From Candidatus Multivorans sp. (GTDB lineage Bacteria; Acidobacteriota; Thermoanaerobaculia; Multivoradales; Multivoraceae), in assembly GCA_965224025.1 (NCBI GenBank), contig OZ245033.1:1792001-1856000 (forward strand): 64,000 nt of DNA, written 5' to 3'. Shown here piece by piece: positions 61,746-64,000 of this stretch; the stretch's first letter is position 1, and each line of letters opens with the position of its first letter. Both the position numbers and the translations under genes were made by a program. The notes below the pieces were generated by a model. The model was not told the DNA's origin. It searched no databases and was given only the letters and a program-made list of their open reading frames with translations.

Positions 61746-63191
61746 ATGCAGCGCCTCCTCGTCGCCGCGCTCATCCTGGCCTGCGTCGTCGCACCCGCGC
61801 TCGCGCAATCGGCGGCCAAACCGGCGCCGACCCCGCTCTGGCCCGGCTTCCGCGGCCCGGACGGCATCCCGGTCTCGGACAACGACCGTCTGCCGCTGCA
61901 CTGGTCGACCACCGAGAACGTCGAATGGCGAGTCGACGTGCCCGGTTCCGGCTGGTCGTCGCCGATCGTGGTCGGCCACACGGTCTTCCTGACCACCGCG
62001 ACCGCACAGGCGGAGGCTACGAAGCAGCCGGAGTTCGGCACCGAATACAGCAACGAGTTCATGCGCGAACTCCGGGAGCAGGGCCTGCCGTGGGAGGAGG
62101 TCCTCAAGCGGCACGACGAGCGCTTCATCGAGTTCCCCGACGAGGTCGATCTCGACTACCTGCTGATCGCCTATTCACTCGAGGACGGCGCCGAACTCTG
62201 GCGGCGGACGTTCTTTGCCGGCCCGCCACCCGGTGGCCGCCACTCGAAGAACACCTTCGCCTCCGAGACACCGGTGACAGACGGCGAGACGATCTTCGTC
62301 TACATCACCGGCCTCGGCCTGTGGGCCTACTCGCTGGACGGCGAACCGCGCTGGGAACGGCGGCTCGACCCGTTCCAGATCTACATGGACTTCGGCACCG
62401 GCGGCTCGCCCGCCCTGACCGAGGACCTCGTCGTGGTCCTGAACGACAACCAGGAGCACCCGTTCCTCGCCGCCTTCTCGAAGCGGGGCGGCCGCGAGAT
62501 CTGGCGCGCGGCCCGCGGACGGCTGACCGCTCCGCACGCCCCGAATCACCGAACCTCGTGGAGCACGCCGTTCGTCTGGCGGCACGACGAACGGACCGAG
62601 ATCGTGGCGCTCGGGCCCTACACCGTCATCAGCCACGACACGGTGGGCCGCGAGTTGTGGCGGCTCACCCGCCACTCGCTTCTGCCGGTGCCGACGCCCT
62701 TCGCCTACGAGGGTCTCCTGTACGTGACATCGGGCGTTCACGGAGACCAGAACCGCCCGATCACCGCGATCCGTCCAGGCGCCGCCGGCGACCTCACCCT
62801 GGACGAGGGTGAGACGAGCAACGACTTCGTGGTCTGGAACGACAGCCGGGCTGGCACCTACATCCCGACTCCCGTCCCGTACAAGGGCTCCCTGTGGGTC
62901 GTCTACGACCGCGGCATCCTCGCCCGCTACGACGCGGCCACCGGCGAGCGCTTCTTCCAGGCGCGGATCAAGGAATCGAACGGCCACTTCACGACCTCGC
63001 CCTGGGCCTACCGCAACCGCATCTTCGCGACCGACGAGGCCGGCACGACGTTCGTCTTCGGGACCAGCGGCGAGTTCGAGCAGCTTCACGCGAACGAACT
63101 CGACGAAATGACGCTCGCCTCGCCGACGCTGGCCGGCGACCGGCTGGTGATCCGTACACGGTCGAAACTGTACTGCTTCCGGGAGAACTGA
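61746..63191 (+). CDS. PQQ-binding-like beta-propeller protein
   Basis: Signal peptide, WPGFRGP, GWSSPIV, ASETPVTDG, repeated GxELW, ASPTL…LVIRT…LYC. Confidence 0.9.
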   Translation: MQRLLVAALILACVVAPALAQSAAKPAPTPLWPGFRGPDGIPVSDNDRLPLHWSTTENVEWRVDVPGSGWSSPIVVGHTVFLTTATAQAEATKQPEFGTEYSNEFMRELREQGLPWEEVLKRHDERFIEFPDEVDLDYLLIAYSLEDGAELWRRTFFAGPPPGGRHSKNTFASETPVTDGETIFVYITGLGLWAYSLDGEPRWERRLDPFQIYMDFGTGGSPALTEDLVVVLNDNQEHPFLAAFSKRGGREIWRAARGRLTAPHAPNHRTSWSTPFVWRHDERTEIVALGPYTVISHDTVGRELWRLTRHSLLPVPTPFAYEGLLYVTSGVHGDQNRPITAIRPGAAGDLTLDEGETSNDFVVWNDSRAGTYIPTPVPYKGSLWVVYDRGILARYDAATGERFFQARIKESNGHFTTSPWAYRNRIFATDEAGTTFVFGTSGEFEQLHANELDEMTLASPTLAGDRLVIRTRSKLYCFREN

Positions 63192-63278
63192 CCACGATCA
63201 CGGCTTCCATGCAGTGAAGCGACACGGTTCCTGCTTCGTAGACTGTCGAACCGGACGGCGAAACCAGTAGAGACAAGG

Positions 63279-63961
63279 ATGCAGGACGCCTACACCCGCG
63301 ACATCGGCGATTCGCGAAGTACGGCCTGCTCCGCGCTATTGGCCACGGCAAGCGACTTGGCGTGGCCTGGCACCTACACCCGTCACCAAGGCGCCAAACC
63401 GGCAACGGGTAGCACCTGAAGCACCTCGACGATCTGACACATGGCGCCGCCTGGGCCCGTCACCGTTCGAGACGTTGGCGGGACTGGTCGGACGCCGCGA
63501 TCAAAGTACAGCGGCCATTGAAGAGTCGGGTGTTCTCGGCCGTGCGGTGTTCGCCAGCGAGTTGCTCGACGTCCGGGACATTCCGTTTCGGGACCGTAAG
63601 AGATGGCGCCAAGCGTGGTTCAGGCGGGTCGTCGGTACGCTCAAAGACTGCGACTTGGTGTTCGCCGATCCGGACAACGGGCTCTTCCCCACCAAACGCT
63701 TCAAGCCAAACCCGGAAGGACAGCGCCAAGCAGATAAGCCTCGTCGAGGCCACGAAACTCGCCGACCAGCGCACCGCTGTCGTCTATCACCACAACACGC
63801 GCCGCCGTGGCGGCCACAAGAAGGAAATCAACCACTGGATGCGCGAGCTACCCAACCGCCGCCACGCGTCGTACTGGCATCGATGAAGCTGCCGGACCTT
63901 CTTCATTCTGAACACGGAAGGAGAGACCGAGAGACAACTCGGCAAGTTCGCCAGCCGATGA
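63279..63961 (+). pseudogene. Degraded hypothetical gene (DIGDFxKYGLLR…LVFADPDNG type)
   Basis: MQDAYTRDIGD|AKYGLLRAIG…LGVAW and CDLVFADPDNGL lie in different frames, with several frameshifts and stops. Confidence 0.55.
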
Positions 63962-64000
63962 GAAGCACACGGAGAGCTGATTCGCGCGCCGGCCTGAGAG

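Overview
High-GC bacterial window, probably from an Acidobacteriota-type genome or MAG (inferred from two acidobacterial VWA proteins, an Oar-like TonB-dependent receptor and DUF5916/DUF6152/DUF3500/PQQ-propeller genes). The most interesting element is a co-oriented 9-gene cluster at about 11060-18323. It encodes a membrane-anchored CxxC redoxin, a stand-alone signal-anchored C39 peptidase, three small precursor-like peptides, two paralogous multi-TM permeases, an ABC ATPase and a Yip1 protein. All three peptides have a Sec-type signal and a Cys-containing core, and two also carry an internal double-glycine-type leader. This looks like a bacteriocin/RiPP-like system matured outside the cytoplasm. 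Other contents: DPP IV peptidase, SWIM-SNF2 helicase, an SF1 helicase with an unusual N-terminal domain, a 5-gene Qrc/alternative-complex-III-like operon, an Atu/Liu-like acyl-CoA carboxylase cluster, and a decayed defence/mobile region (Phd-VapC, IS630-interrupted NucS-like nuclease, IS1634 fragment, broken type II R-M, RHH/PIN remnant). Several non-coding repeats are present, including a duplicated promoter-plus-structured-leader. About a dozen genes show clean internal deletions or chimeric joins, which may be genome erosion or assembly artefacts. No tRNA, rRNA or CRISPR array was recognised. Family assignments are from motif recognition by eye, not database searches.
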